Shown here: piece after piece, positions 24,451 to 39,443 of the stretch
Layout of the letters: each line of letters opens with the position of its first letter
Numbering within the stretch: the first letter of the stretch is position 1
DNA from: the human T2T-CHM13v2.0 reference genome, Homo sapiens
Length of the DNA stretch: 64,000 bases
Direction: 5' to 3' (one strand)
Assembly (NCBI RefSeq): GCF_009914755.1
Contig: NC_060926.1
Position numbers and translations under genes: made by a program
The notes under the pieces: generated by a model
What the model saw: the letters and a program-made list of their open reading frames with translations, nothing else
Told to the model about the DNA's origin: nothing
The model's database searches: none

Positions 24451-24638
24451 AATAATTGGATGCTTAGGATCTCTATAGAGGATTTTATTTATTTCTGCCA
24501 GATTTACAAGCAATACAGGGTCAGGGATTGAGTTGACTTGGATTTGGGTTTGAATACCTGCCAAGTTGGGCCTACTTCCCATTCAACTTTACACCTAGGA
24601 TGCAGCCCTTTGGTGTTCCATACACAAAACCCACGTGA

Positions 24639-24934
<296 letters not shown>

Positions 24935-26779
24935 AGTGATTTTTTAAACCATGGTTATCCACCCCATCTTTGGCAGGTCCTAGACTCCAACTATCAGCTT
25001 CTCAGGTTTTTACCTTAAGGAATTGGCAAATTCCACCTCAAATTTTTTTTGAGATAAAAGTGGTCTCAAATACCTAGCTTACCTTAATGGATTTTTTGCA
25101 GAGACAAGGTCTCACAGCATTGCCCAGGCTGGTCTCAAACTCCTTGACTCAAGCAATCCTCTCACCTCAGCCTCCCAAAGTGCTGGAGATTACAGGTATG
25201 AGCCATTGTACTCAGTCTAGAATCTGATTTGTTATGATGGTTTCCATATTTTAATCTGTCTCTTTTTGCATATATGCTGTTATTTATTTTTGTCTTTCTC
25301 TTCAGAGGGAAACTTGCTGAGGATTTGCATTGACTTTAGTTGAAGAGAATATGGTTTTTGTTTCCAATATTTCCAGTCCCTTCTATGAAGTATTGCAAAA
25401 ACCAATAACTTGTATTTAATCTAGACTTTACATCAAATTTCTACTTTACAGAACATTTAAAAGAGCAGAGGAGAAAATATGGCGATGCCTTTAGACAAAT
25501 CCAGAATTTAGACACCTAATTTGACATTTTTATTTCCCCAGCAGTTCAAGGAAATAAAAAATGGTGGTGGTAGTGCTGTGTGTGGGAGGGTCGGGGTGGG
25601 GGCATAGTTTTAGAGTAAATGACTTCTTGGTGAGATAACAATCAAATAAAATGGATCAAAATATTCGGATAATGACTGGAATAAACCAGCTGTAAAAGTA
25701 CTTTTCCCCAAAAAAACAGGATTCAAATTGGGACGCATATTAGATAATACTAAGAATTGTTAATTTTATTTCATGAGGTAACGATTTTGTGGTTATGTTA
25801 AAACATCATTATTTTTAAGTGATACAAATAGTATTGGGAAGGGATAAGGCCAGGGATCTACTTTAAAATATTTCAGTAACAAAATTCAATAGTCATAGAT
25901 ATTGCCTGTATGGCAAAATGTTGGGAAGTGTTGAATTTAGGGTAGGCGCATTTGGTGTTTCATGTTATCATTTTCTTTTTTTATTTTTCTTTTTTGTTTT
26001 TGAGATGGAGTCTCCTCTGTCACCCAGGCTGGAGAGCAGTGGCGTGATCTCAGCTCACTGCAAGCTCCGCCTTTTTGTGTTAATATCGTAAGTTTCATTA
26101 AAAAATTTTTTTCCTGCCCAGAAGGAAAGTGGTAAGTACATACTTCCCGTAGTTTGACTTGTTATAGTTATCTGGAGTCCGTCTCCCATCTCAACCTACC
26201 CACCTCTTCCTGAATAACCATAAATTCACACGGCTTAAACAGGTTTGTAGAAAAGATACGTTCATGTTAAATATGTGAGGTCAACGGGCAACAGAGGAAT
26301 AGCCAATTCCAAGCCTGATTTGAACGCAAAAAATTTCAAGACAGGAGCCATTTTCCATATCATGTTTTCTAAATTTCCTGCCAGTACAGCTTCCTTCATT
26401 TTTCAGATACAACTTGCTCTTTCTGTGCTTGATTTCAAGACTGATTTGTCCTTGGAATTCCTTGTGGATTCTTGGCATCTTGAAATCAATTGTCCGTGCC
26501 AGATAGCATAAGCAGAGGTCTAGATGAGTATAGGCACATATAAAGAGGCAACGGAGTTAAACCACGTCTGAGATTCCATATTCCTTATGGTTATGTCCAG
26601 TGGACAGCCCAACTCCCTTTTAGAATCTTGTTTCTTCTCATACTCATCACTTTTCTGCTAAAGTGTGTTTCTTTTCATACTAAAACCTTCGCTTTTATCC
26701 TCAAATAGTTATATTTTCTTTATATTTCCACATGCTCGTTTTTTCTTGAGGAAAAAAATTACAAAAATAAAAAGCCCAA

Positions 26780-27390
26780 GCGCTCATCGCGCTAGAGAAG
26801 TGACCTTCAGTTTGAACGCGCTGAACCAACAGAATGAGCTGCAGGAAGGCGGAAGCACTAGCGTGCTGGGCATTCTGGGAACTGTAGTCGGAAGTATTTT
26901 CACCCAGGCTGGTGGAGTCCTTGTCGTCGTTCCGCTTAAACATTCTGGGAAGTGTGGGTCAGACGTTTCATATAGTCGACAACACTTCCTCTTCGGGAGT
27001 ACAGGGTGTGGCCCTCTCGTGTGACTCCAGACTCTGGGAAGTGAGTCGCAGGAACTTCCGCTCCAGGGAAAGTTGCGGCCATCATGCTGCATGTGAGACT
27101 TGAGCCCCAGCGACGCTTCTGCGCCTCCTCAGCCTGGGTGAGGGACCAAAGATGGTCAAGGCCCTCTGTCTTGAGGAGGAAAAGTGGCAGCCGGCGGAGG
27201 ATTAGGATTGGAAGTGTTTGCGTTTCCCTCGACTCAGTAGAGCTTTCTAGTGTTAGGGGAGGTTCCTGAGTCCCAGGTTGGGGAATGAGGCAGGGTCTTG
27301 CATCATTGGGTTTGATGGTTTCTTGGGTCTTGTACTCCCGTAGCCCTTCTGTTGGACCCACCAATCAGCATTGCCGCTTCCTAGGGAAGT
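26780..27390 (+). promoter_or_regulatory. KRAB-ZNF-type promoter/first-exon module 1 (ZNF143/SBS and ETS motifs)
   Basis: gcattctgggaactgtagtc (26870-26889) is the reverse complement of ACTACAnnTCCCAGAATGC. Two more tctgggaa cores, cggaag/acttccg ETS sites, local CpG enrichment, and a candidate donor gtgagg at 27138. Confidence 0.65.
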
Positions 27391-28912
27391 TTCTGTGGCG
27401 TTGGAAATATTGTGTAACTTGATCGTGTTGGTAGTTACATGTTTGTACATATTTGTTAAAACTCATTGAACTATACACTTAACAATAGTAGACTTTATAA
27501 TGTATGTACATTGCACTTCAATAAATGTGACTTTTTAAAAGTGTCTGGAACTTTATTTTTTTTAAGTGGCAGGACCTCATTACAAGTAAGTTCAGAACTA
27601 AGTTAGGACTACTATAATCCTGCTAGCACCACCCTCATGTAAACATTTTCATTTTGGTTTATTTTATACGTATATAGATATTTGCTTTTTATTAAATAAT
27701 GTGTAAATTTTAAATTAGTATTTCAGTTAGTAATATACCATAAGTTAATTTTGCTGTTTCCCACATTCTTCATAAAGTTCATCTTTAATGATTGTGTTGT
27801 ATTGAATTGAGTGAATGTGCACTTGTTAAACCTGGGCATCTGGGATGTGTTTAAAAATTATTCTCATAATTTTATGTATATATGAAATGTTTTACAATTT
27901 AAGAGATATATGCTGACTTCCATGCCTCTGTTCATCTTTTTTGTCTATCCTACTTGGGGTACTCATTTCCATGGTCATACTATAGGCCTTAAATTAGCAA
28001 TAGCTGCAATCCCTCCATAGTCTCCATTTAAGGCATTACACTCTGCTCTACATATTCTCTTGCCAGATCTTCCTGTGGTTTACTGTGATATTGACTTCAT
28101 CAATTTCTACAATTCATTGATCCTATTGCATTTTCAATATCCCTTATTCATCTCATATCCTCAATACCAACCATATCTTTTCTCTTCTCTCTAGTATAAA
28201 CAGAAGACTTACACTTACATCTAATTGTTCAAAATATTGTCCTATGACAACCGTAGACTTAAGGAACATTAAGAAAGTATTTTGATTGTCCCCCATGATT
28301 TTATAGAAGAGACATGCAGGGTCAAAGGGATTATGAATGGATGCTCTGTGAGCCAGTCAATAGCATATGTCCCAAAGGCTACAGGTTAAGTATATTACCT
28401 GGCCCAGCAGCTTTAAAATCATCTTTTGGTCTCCTACTCTAGACAGCAAACTTCAGTTCAGGCACCAGTGATGCTATTACGTGAGGAATATTGACTTGCC
28501 TCTGTTTTTGTTTTTAAATAACATCAGATTTGGTATCAGTTATCACTTAAAAGTTATTTGTGAGACACTTTCTCAGTGTATGTGACCTTGGCTGGGAAGC
28601 ATTGCTTTAGAGGTGCAGAGATCAGAGATCAGATAACTTTGATAAGTCGGTATGTGCAATGGTAGAAGTATTTTAAACATGCCATGAAAGGGGATATTTC
28701 AATTCATAGCATCTATTTTTGGGGAAAAGGCTCCCAAATAGTATTGGCTCAGTCAGTCAGATCACTTGTTTGGAGATAGGGTTGGTAATATGACTCTATG
28801 CACTGTGCATACTCTTAGATTCAAGGGTCCCCATTCAAGGAATTTATATTATGGTAGCACTCACTTAAAGATCAAGAACAAATGGACATGGGTGTTCACT
28901 AAAGCATACTTT

Positions 28913-29634
28913 TGTGAACCCAAAAGTATGTGAGACAGGTCTCAATCCATTTAGAACATTTAGTTTGCCAAGGTTAAGTACGCACCTGTGACACAGCCTT
29001 AGGAGGTCCTGACGACATGTGCCCAAAGTGGTCAGGGCACAGCTCGATTTTATACATTTTAGGAGAAATCAGGCATCAAACAGTATGTTTAAGTTATACA
29101 TTGCTTAAGTCCAGAAAGGCAGGACAATCTCAAATGGGAGTGGGAGCTTCTACATCATAGGTAGATAAGAGACAAACAGTGGCATTATTTTGAGGTCTGA
29201 TTAGGCTTTTACTGAATACAAAACTCACACGTGAGAGGTGGGTAGACGAATAGTGACTTAGGTCTTAATGTTGCTTAGTGAATATGCATTATTACAGAAA
29301 CAATAGGGAAGAGGAAGCAATCAGATATGCATTTGTTTCAGGTGAACAGAGGAATGACTTTGAGTTCTGTCTGTCCTTTGTCCCACACCTGTGAAGATAA
29401 GCTATCAATTTACATTACCAGGGTGAAATTCAACAGAAATGCTTTTGGATAAAGATGTTCAGGCCCACAGGGAATTTCCTTGTTGACAAATTGTGAAGGA
29501 GGTATGTAGCTTTTTCTTCTTTATAGCTATCATATTAAGTAATAAAATGGGAGGTTTGCCTGACACAGTTCCCAGCTTGACTTTTCCCTCTGGCTTAGTG
29601 ATTTGGGGGTCCCGAGATTTATTTTTCTTTCACA
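28913..29634 (-). mobile_element. MER4A-family ERV1 solo LTR
   Basis: Reverse complement begins tgtgaaagaaaaataaatctcgggacccccaaatcactaagcc; the other end is tgtgaacccaaaagtat. Confidence 0.8.
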
Positions 29635-31449
29635 TTTTGCAAGACTATGGATGCTTAATAGGATGAGATTAGCAATTGAAAGAGAAAAAATTTTGATTCT
29701 TAAAATCTTCACCCTTTCCCTCAAACTCTGTGAACCTTGTTCTTCTAATGGACATTTGTGTGCATGATTGAGGTGTAGTATCTTAGGTGCTGTAGGAAAC
29801 AGTAATATTCAAGAATGTGCTGTGATCTGCACTAAGGAGGTGATGCTATTGAACAAGGCCAAAATAAACCTACCTATGGAGAAGTATTCTTGCCGAAAAC
29901 GATGAACCTTAATCTTATCTGCTCTCTAAATCTAAATTGTAGTTTACCAGAGCCACAAAAGATATTCAAGAAAATGTTAAATGGCAGCATAATGAAACAT
30001 TTTTAAAAATCCATAATGTGGGACATCTTACTTGACAACTGACCTGATGTCTTCTATAGGCCAAAAGCATGAATTTAAAGTGGATCAAAGGGGGGATACT
30101 CTTCCAGATTGAAAGAGACTCAAGAGAGAAAACAATCACATGCAAAGAATGGGTATTTTTGAGATGACTGGAAATTTTGAAGTTTTGTTTTGTAGGGTAT
30201 AAAATAATATTAAGGAATTATTAACTTTCTTCAGTGTGATAGTTGTATTTTTGTTATATTAGAAAATGTAATTCTTTGAAGTATGCATGGGAGTGTTTAG
30301 GGGGAAAATAATACAGTGTTATGATTTTGTTTTAAAATTACAATAACAAAAAGGGCAGAAAGACAATATTGATAGATAAAGGAAGTGTGGCACATGTTGA
30401 AAATTGCTGAATCTGGGTGATGAGGTGATGGAATACTTCACTCTTTACTTCTATTAATGTTTGAAATTTTTCATAATATAAAGGTATGAAAGTGTTTAGT
30501 TCTTGTCCAGAAGAAAAGTGGTAAGCAGAACCTTCGTGTATTTTTATTTGTTGGATTTTCTGGATTTGCGTCCAACTGTCAATTGACTCACCTGAATGAA
30601 ATACGGTTATTATTGTATTTATGATAATAAGAATAGGGTGGAAGTGGGTGATGTGATATTTGAACTTGAACAAAAAGAAATTCCAAATTTTTATATATTT
30701 ATCTCTTTTCATATTATAATAATTCCTCCACATGAACACACCTCCTTTCATTTGCCTCATGAGCCATGTTTTACAATGAACAATTAAAGTCAAGGAACAC
30801 CCAAAAGCTTTTGCTGCTTCTGCTTTATACTTTAATAAACTTTGCATGACCTTCTTGTGGGTTCTTGTATCATGGAATGAATAGCTAATATCTGATAACA
30901 CCGCCAAGAGTTCTAGATGCATCCAACACACATGGATTAAAGTAGAAAATCCAGTCAAAGTAGGTTTGAGATCTTGTGTTCCTTACATTCGTGCCCAGTT
31001 TCTAAGTTCTGCATTTTTAGCTCACACATATCTTCCCCTTTATAATTTATGCCTCCTTTTCATTTCAAACTGTGTTCTCTACTAAAGGGAAGTGGGTGGG
31101 GGACAGGGTGGGAGCGGTGTTCAAATACACTTGTTTTGTCACATGTGAAAGAAAAAAAATGAGAATAACGAAAAAGAAGGCTGAGCTTGACCAGTGAGAT
31201 AGAATGATTCGGACTGAACCTAGTTATCCAAAATAAAAAGGGAAACGCTGGTGAGAAGCGCTACCTGAAGAGGATTCTGGAAACTGGTCCAAAGGATTCA
31301 CGGCGTCAAAAACACTTCTGTTCCAGGAAAGGTGGCTTTAATGATTGGGCTTCTGGGGGAAATATTAAGTATAAATTAGAATCCTGTTTTTGGAGACATT
31401 TTGGTTCAAAGAAGACAGTGCTGAGTTTGCATTCTGCTCTAGAATTGTG

Positions 31450-31930
31450 TGACATACATTCCAAATTCAAACGGTAGTAGCCAGCCCTCCGCCAGAGAAA
31501 GGCAACGACATTGCCAATTCTTTGCGAGGATTCTGGGAGCAGTAACCTTGGAGCTCTGTGTAGGCGGCCAGGCTTCCGCTACAGGAGGGCGTGGCTGTGA
31601 CGATTATCTCATTGGGGATTCTGGGGTTATAATACAGGAATTGTGGGTAAGTACAGTCACTTCTGCTCCATGAAAGTGAGGTCATCATTCGTTTCAGGAA
31701 GTTGAGTGAGGCCTGAGACAGCAATGTTTCGTTTAGCCTGGCGGTGGCCCTCCTTGTCTTCAAGAAGAGCATCCGTGGCTAGCAGTGGAAGATGGGGTTG
31801 GGCCCCAGGTGAGTGACCCTTTGTCGAGTTTGCAGAATTTGGTCTTGGCGGGTTGAGGATCTCTTGTATTTTGTGCGCTCTGTTCCTGCTCCAGGACTGA
31901 CCAGGCAGTTCTGCCACCTTCTAGGAGTGT
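31450..31930 (+). promoter_or_regulatory. Decayed promoter/first-exon module 2 (possibly a copy of an upstream ZNF112 start site)
   Basis: gattctggg cores; gcttccgctacagg is homologous to acttccgctc(c/t)agg in modules 1 and 3; strong donors gtaagt (31647) and gtgagt (31809). Confidence 0.5.
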
Positions 31931-32679
31931 GAAATTGGGAAGTAATTCAAAATGTATGTGCCTAGCATTCCTTTTATGTAACATGAGGGGAATAGAAGTA
32001 CCAAACCGATGCAGTTCAGTGGAGAATTAAATGAGATAGTCACAAGTAAAAGGTGGTAAGTGTGGTTCATTTTATTAATTTTCTTTTAATTTCCCGAGAA
32101 GCCCCAGTTACCTGAAAGCTTCTGTGAGCCTGGGAAGGGATCAGAGTTCCACCTGCAGTGCTATTTTGCCCCTTCTTTCTGATCCTTACAGGAAGCAGGA
32201 CGATTCCTGGATTCCCTTTTTAAAAAAGTGAGGGTGGCGGTGTGGGGATGGGGGTGGGGGGTGGGGCGGGAATCACTCCAGGCTACTGTATGGGGATGCC
32301 CTCTGTGATTCGTGCAGGAGGGAGACACAGTTCTGGTTTCTCGCAGATGGTCACAGGAATGAGGAAAGAATGACTCTGGCTCCTAGCAGCAGAATCTTAA
32401 CTGAGTATGACTTAGCATCCTTCTTCTTGCTGTGTCATCTCTCTTCTCAGGGCAGAAGATATTTACTAATTAGCACATTCTGCTAGCACATCTGTGGGAA
32501 AAGGTAGGAAGGAAGGAGGGAGGGTGGGAAGGAGGAAAGAAGATCCACTCCTTATACTGGAAAAAAAGGAGCAATATACTTTTCCTCAAAATGAGAAGTC
32601 AAGCCCAAAAGAATTCTGTACAGACCACCTTAAAATAACATCTTTCAAGCCTGTCTGCATGATTTAGTTGCTTCTTTTT

Positions 32680-32826
32680 TAAAAAAAATTTAATTTATTT
32701 TTATTTTGTAGAGACGCGATCTTACTGCATTGACCAGGATGGTCTCAAACTCCTGGCTACAGGCTATCCTCCTGCCTCTGTCTCCCAAAGCGCTGGGATT
32801 ACAAGCGTGAGCCACCAGGCCTGGCC
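32680..32826 (-). mobile_element. Alu monomer (FLAM-like)
   Basis: Single left-arm monomer, antisense. Confidence 0.75.
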
Positions 32827-33385
32827 CAATTGCTTCTTAACAACTTACTATTCTTTGTTCACTACAGTGTATACATAACTGACTTTTTATTTGGATCTTC
32901 ATTTTGTAATGAAGGCTCTGGTCACATGTAAGACTTGTATTAAATAAATTTGCCTGCTGTTCTGTTAATCTGTGTTATGCTAATTTAATTCTTGAGCCCA
33001 GCTGGGTCCTGGAGAGGATAGAGTGAAATTTTGTGGCAGCTACGTAAGTCAATGAAATTGGAAACAGAAAAACAATCTTTAAAAATCAATAAAATCATAA
33101 ACTTATTCTTTGAGAAGATCAATATAGTTTATAAACCTTTCAACTGACTCACCCACAGGGAAAAAGAAGAAAACAAAAATCAGGAGGGAGGGAATGTTAT
33201 TACAAATTTTGCGGATATTAAAAGGATTATAAGGGAACATTACAAACAACTCCTTGTCCATAAATTGATCAATTTACATGACATGGAATATTACTTGAAA
33301 GGCACAAACTACCAAAGCTCACTCAGGAAGAATGGATAACCTAGATACTTGCGTGTATGTATGTGTGTGCATACATACAATTTTT

Positions 33386-33423
<38 letters not shown>
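33386..33423. repeat. (CA)n(TA)n microsatellite
   Basis: Read directly from the sequence. Confidence 0.9.
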
Positions 33424-33858
33424 GCACAGTTAATTTTTTCTATCTTTTGTAGAGATGGGTTTTTACCATGTTGCCTGGGCTGGTCTTGAACTCCTGGGCT
33501 CAAGCGCTCTGCCCACCTTGGCCTCCCAAAGTGCTGGGATTACAGGCTTGAAACACTGCACCTGCCTGGCCTGATATATATTTCAAAACTGATTTAATAG
33601 ATAAAGCCTTCCAACAACAACAATAAAAAAAACAATATTGAGATGAATTCATTGGTGGATTCTACTAAACATTTAAAGAGTAAAGATGTGAATTTTAAAT
33701 AAACCCAGAAACAAAAAGAGAAGGGAACACCCACCCACCCCCAGCTTGTCTCATGAGGCCAGCATTAATCTGATAATACCAAACAAGACAAAGAAATTAC
33801 AAGGAAAGAAAACTACAGATGAATATCCTTCATGAACTAAGTGAAAAAATCCTGAATA

Positions 33859-34160
33859 CAGTAGTCCCTTGGTATCGGTGGGGAATTGTTTCAGGGACCC
33901 TTATGGAAATCAAAATCCGTGGATGCTCAAGTCTGTTATGTAAAATGGCCATAATATTCTCATGTAACCTTTTCATATCATCCTGCATACTTCAAATTAT
34001 TTCTATCCCTATACAATAAAAATGCCCTGTAAATAGTTGTCATACTATATTGCATTTTTTATTTGTGTTATTTTTATTGTTGTGTTGCTAATTTGTATTT
34101 TTCTCTGAATATTTTTGATCCCTGTTTCATTGAATCTGTGGATGCTTCTGTAGTATCCAC
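33859..34160. mobile_element. MER2 (Tigger-type) DNA transposon inside an old L1
   Basis: cagtagtcccttggtatc...aaaatccgtggatgctcaagtc...ttgaatctgtggatg. Confidence 0.75.
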
Positions 34161-34440
34161 TGGCATGAAGATCTAGATGACAGAGATTGAGGTGACCACA
34201 GGACCTGGAAAGTGAGGGAAGAAATCCTGGGAAAAAGATGTCAAGCAAAGAATTGCTCCTTATTCTACATTAAACTCTGCCCAAATTTCAGACTGACTGA
34301 CACCCAGAATGTATAAAGACTTGTACAATTCAATATTAAAGAGCCCAACATCTCAATTATAATGGGCAAAATTTGAACAGTTACTTTACAAAGGAAGACA
34401 TAAAAATTGTTAATATAGCCTGTGAAGAAGTGTGACATTA

Positions 34441-34840
<400 letters not shown>

Positions 34841-35484
34841 TTATTAGGATTCAAAACAATCAGAAATTGCATATATTTTGGGAGACAGTGTAAAATTAAT
34901 CTTTTGGGAGATGATCTGGTGTTTTCTTAAGCAGTTAAACACACCAAGCAATTCTAATCATAGATATTTATTCCAGAGAAAAGAAAGCATATGACCACAA
35001 AAATACTTTTATAAGTATGCTGCAGGATCTTTATTCATAAAAATATTTAGACAATTAAAATGTAAGCAAGTTTCCAAAGACATATATTCATGCAATAGAA
35101 CATCACTCAGTAATAAAAAGGATCAAATGACTGATATGTGCATCAACATGGATGGATCTGAAAAACACTATATTCAAAGTATTGTAATGCAGAAGAGTTC
35201 TTACCATATGGTTCCATATATTTCATATTCTAAAATTAGTAAAATTTATGGTGAAAAAGTGGAACAGTGGTTGCCACTGGGGGAAGGGGTTAGAGATTGA
35301 CTGGTAAGTGTCATGGGGGAATCTGTCAGGTAATGCTAATGTTCTGATGGATAAGTAATAAGTAAGATAGCTAGATGGATGACTAAGACATAAATGTTGC
35401 TAATTTTAGAATCTAAGCTGAGAATATATGGGTGACTACTGTATAATTCTTCCAACTCTTCTTTATGGTATAAAATTTCAGAGC

Positions 35485-35773
<289 letters not shown>

Positions 35774-36779
35774 TTTTTAGTAAAATATTGAGAAAAACCT
35801 AGTTTTGAGTGAAAAATTTTAACAGAGTTTTATAACACAAGATATATATATATGCATCTGAAATTCCATACATTTGCCAAAAAGACATACCAGCAACAGG
35901 CACACATTAAACAGATCGACCTGGCTACTGATGCTACAGGGGAGAAAATGAGAGTGGGTAGTGGGGGATATAATGGAACAAATAAATAATATCTGTTTGT
36001 TTTTTTCTTTCTATGTTTAATATGTAAGCCCTCAAACATTCCCCTATTCAAATAAATGATATTTTTATGTTCACATTTTATTCAGTATTTCTGTGTAAAT
36101 AAACTAGGAAGACGGTCTGTGGAAGCTTTATCTGTGTTGTTGCCAAAGGCCTGTAATATGTCTTGAAGAATATTTTCCAGAAAGAATTTAGAAGTGATTC
36201 ACAACTGAATCTTGTATGCCAAGAATAGTGCACATGAACAAAACATTCTCTGACCATAGAAGGATCAATCTTTTCATCTCAAAACCCCATAGATTATTTT
36301 TATATTTTATTACTACTTTTAATGTTGCAGACAATAATTAAAATGAAAAGCTTATTTTTTCATTCCTTTGAAATTGACTCAATTCTTTAGTCTTCAGCCT
36401 TGCCATTAAAAAAAATTTTCAGTGTCTACAAGTGCATCTCTAGGAGTCTCTTCCTCCTTTTTCTCTTACTCTTCCTCTCCTACTTCTCCTCCTACACACC
36501 CTGGCCTTCCACCCACTTCTCCTCCATCTTCTTCTCCTCCTTCCAATATGTGATTTTGCCCATTTGGATAAATTGTTTATTCTCTTTTAATGATTTATTT
36601 ATTACAATCTGCTTCCTTCTCTAGTCCACATTTTTTCTCATTAGCTTATAAGATACACCTGATCAATATGTTCATATTCATTATAGAGTTTCTCATTATT
36701 TTTAGCCCTTCCAAGTTCTGAAAAAAGTTCTATGCCATATATTCAGTTTCCTTTGAAACATATCATTGATTTTTTAAAA

Positions 36780-37320
36780 AAGACTTTATTTTAAGAGCAG
36801 TTTTAGGGTTACAGAAAAATTACAGAGAAAGTATTAATATTTCCCATGTGCTCTCCTTTCCCCTGCCCAGTTTCTCCTATTGTTTGCATCTTGCATGTGT
36901 GTGGCATATTTGTTACAACTAATGAACGAATATCGACACATTATTATTAACTAAAGTCTGTGGTTGACATTAGGGCTTACTCTTTGTGTTGTACATTCCA
37001 TGGGTTTTGACAAAGCATAACATCCTATATCCACCATACCATATCATACAGAATAGTGTCACTGCTTAAAAATACCCTGTACTCTACCAATTAATCTCTC
37101 TGAACCTCTAACAACCACTGATCACTTTACTGACCTTTAGTTTTGCCTTTTCCAGATTATCATATAGTTGAATTACAGTATGTAGCTTTGACAGACTGGC
37201 TTCTTTCCATTAACAATATGAATTTAAGGTTATTCTATGTGTTTTCATAACTTCATATCTCATTTCTTTTTATGGCTGAATAATACTCTATTGTATTGAT
37301 GTACCACAGTTTGTTGGTCA
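36780..37320 (-). mobile_element. L1MC/MD 3' end
   Basis: agagcagttttagggttacagaaaaatt...acattattattaactaaagtc. Confidence 0.75.
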
Positions 37321-38433
37321 TATATCATTGATTTTTACAGATTGAAATATCACTTACATTCAGAAAAGTGTCCAAATCATAAATACACATGTGAAAGTAT
37401 GAACATAAAATGAACAGCTGTATAATCACCACTCACAGCCAAAAATGGAGCATGGTAGAATTGCAAACACCCCACTCTCACAGCATCATGATGCTTTCTT
37501 CCCCAGGAAAAGAAACCACTACCCTAAGTTTTAAGGTTCCCTTGCTTTTCTTTATATTTTTACTATTTAAGTGTCCAAAATCATCCTACTGATGAATTTT
37601 GCATGTCTAATGAACAAGTGGAATCACGCTGCATCTACGGGGTTTGTCTAGTTATTTTGCTCAACATATTTATGGGAGTCATCATGGTATTGCATGTACA
37701 GCTAAAGTTTGTTCAGTGTCCTTGCTCTTACCTTGTGTAAATAACAAAAAATATTTATCCATACTATCATCGATGGACATCTGAAGTATTCTCAGCTTGT
37801 CATTGTGATGAATGATCCTGCTATGAACATTCTTATATGTGTATTTTGGTACACATTTCTTATGGGTTTATACACTGAGTAGATTTAAGTGTCATAAGAA
37901 ATGCTTTTCAAATTGGGCTCTACAATCCACCAGCCTTAGATTGTTGCATGTAGTGGGAGGTATAGGTCAATTTCAGTTTTATTTCACAATATTCAATTTA
38001 ACAGCAACATGTGTTGAATATTTGTCCTGTTCCCATGGTGCTGCAGTGCCACATTTGTTGCAGATCTGAAGTCAACATGAGCATGCATATAAAATTCAAA
38101 AGATCTACACATAAAATATTAAAATTAATTAGATTATTTGGCAAGATTGCAGGATAAAGGAGCAAATGTGGTATTTAGTAGAAATGGTTGGAGTGGACAT
38201 CATTATTTCGTTCCCCATCGTAGAGGAAATGTTTTCAATATTTCACTATTCCTTTTGGTATTTGTTGCCATTTTTGTAGATCTTTACTATTGCTTAGTTG
38301 CCTAAATTTTCTTATGACAAATGGGTGATTAATCAAACTTTTTTTTTCTGTTTCTGATACCTAGGTCATGATGTGTTACCCTCATATATGATTGGCAACA
38401 TTTTGTTTAGGATTTTTGAAAGTATATTTATGA

Positions 38434-38786
<353 letters not shown>

Positions 38787-39140
38787 AGACCTGTCATTTT
38801 CTATTCTAATGAAGCCTCTCACAAATTTTGTCAGTGTTATTATAGTGGCCTCATAAAGTTAGTTGGAAAGTGTTTCCTATTTTGTTATTCTGAGGAATAA
38901 TTTTGAGATGAACATGGTTTCTTCTTTAAATATTTGGTGGAATTCACTGATGACACCAGATTTCAATGCCATACTCTTTTATCTATGGATTACTTAAAAG
39001 TGGTTTGATTAATTTCTAAACAAGTTTATAATTTAGGGTTCACCTAGAAGATAGAAACCTTACGAATTATTTGAAAAGAAAAATTAGCATATTGTAGAGT
39101 TGGTAGCTAGATTTCTGAAAGAGCAGAAAAAGAACTCTGG

Positions 39141-39443
39141 GCCAGATGCTGTGGCTCACGCCTGTAATCCCAGCACTTTGGGAGGCTGAGGCGGGTGGAT
39201 CACGAGGTCAGGAGTTCAAGACCAGCCTGGCCAACATGGTGAAACCCCATCTCTACTGATAACACAAAAATTAGCTGGGAGTGGTGGTGCATGCCTGTAA
39301 TTCCAGCTATTTGGGAGGCTGAGGCAGGAGAATTGCTTGGAGCCGAGACGCAGGGGTTGCAGTGAGCCGAGATGGCACCACTGCACTTCAGCCCGGGGAA
39401 CTGAGCGAGACTCTGTCAAAAAAAAAAAAAAAAAAAAAAAAAA
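39141..39443 (+). mobile_element. AluS
   Basis: Full dimer with poly(A); flanked by repeated aactct. Confidence 0.92.

Noticed and set aside
30338-30958. 206-aa minus-strand ORF
   Set aside because: It does not start at an ATG, has AT-rich low-information composition, and runs into old L1-like sequence.
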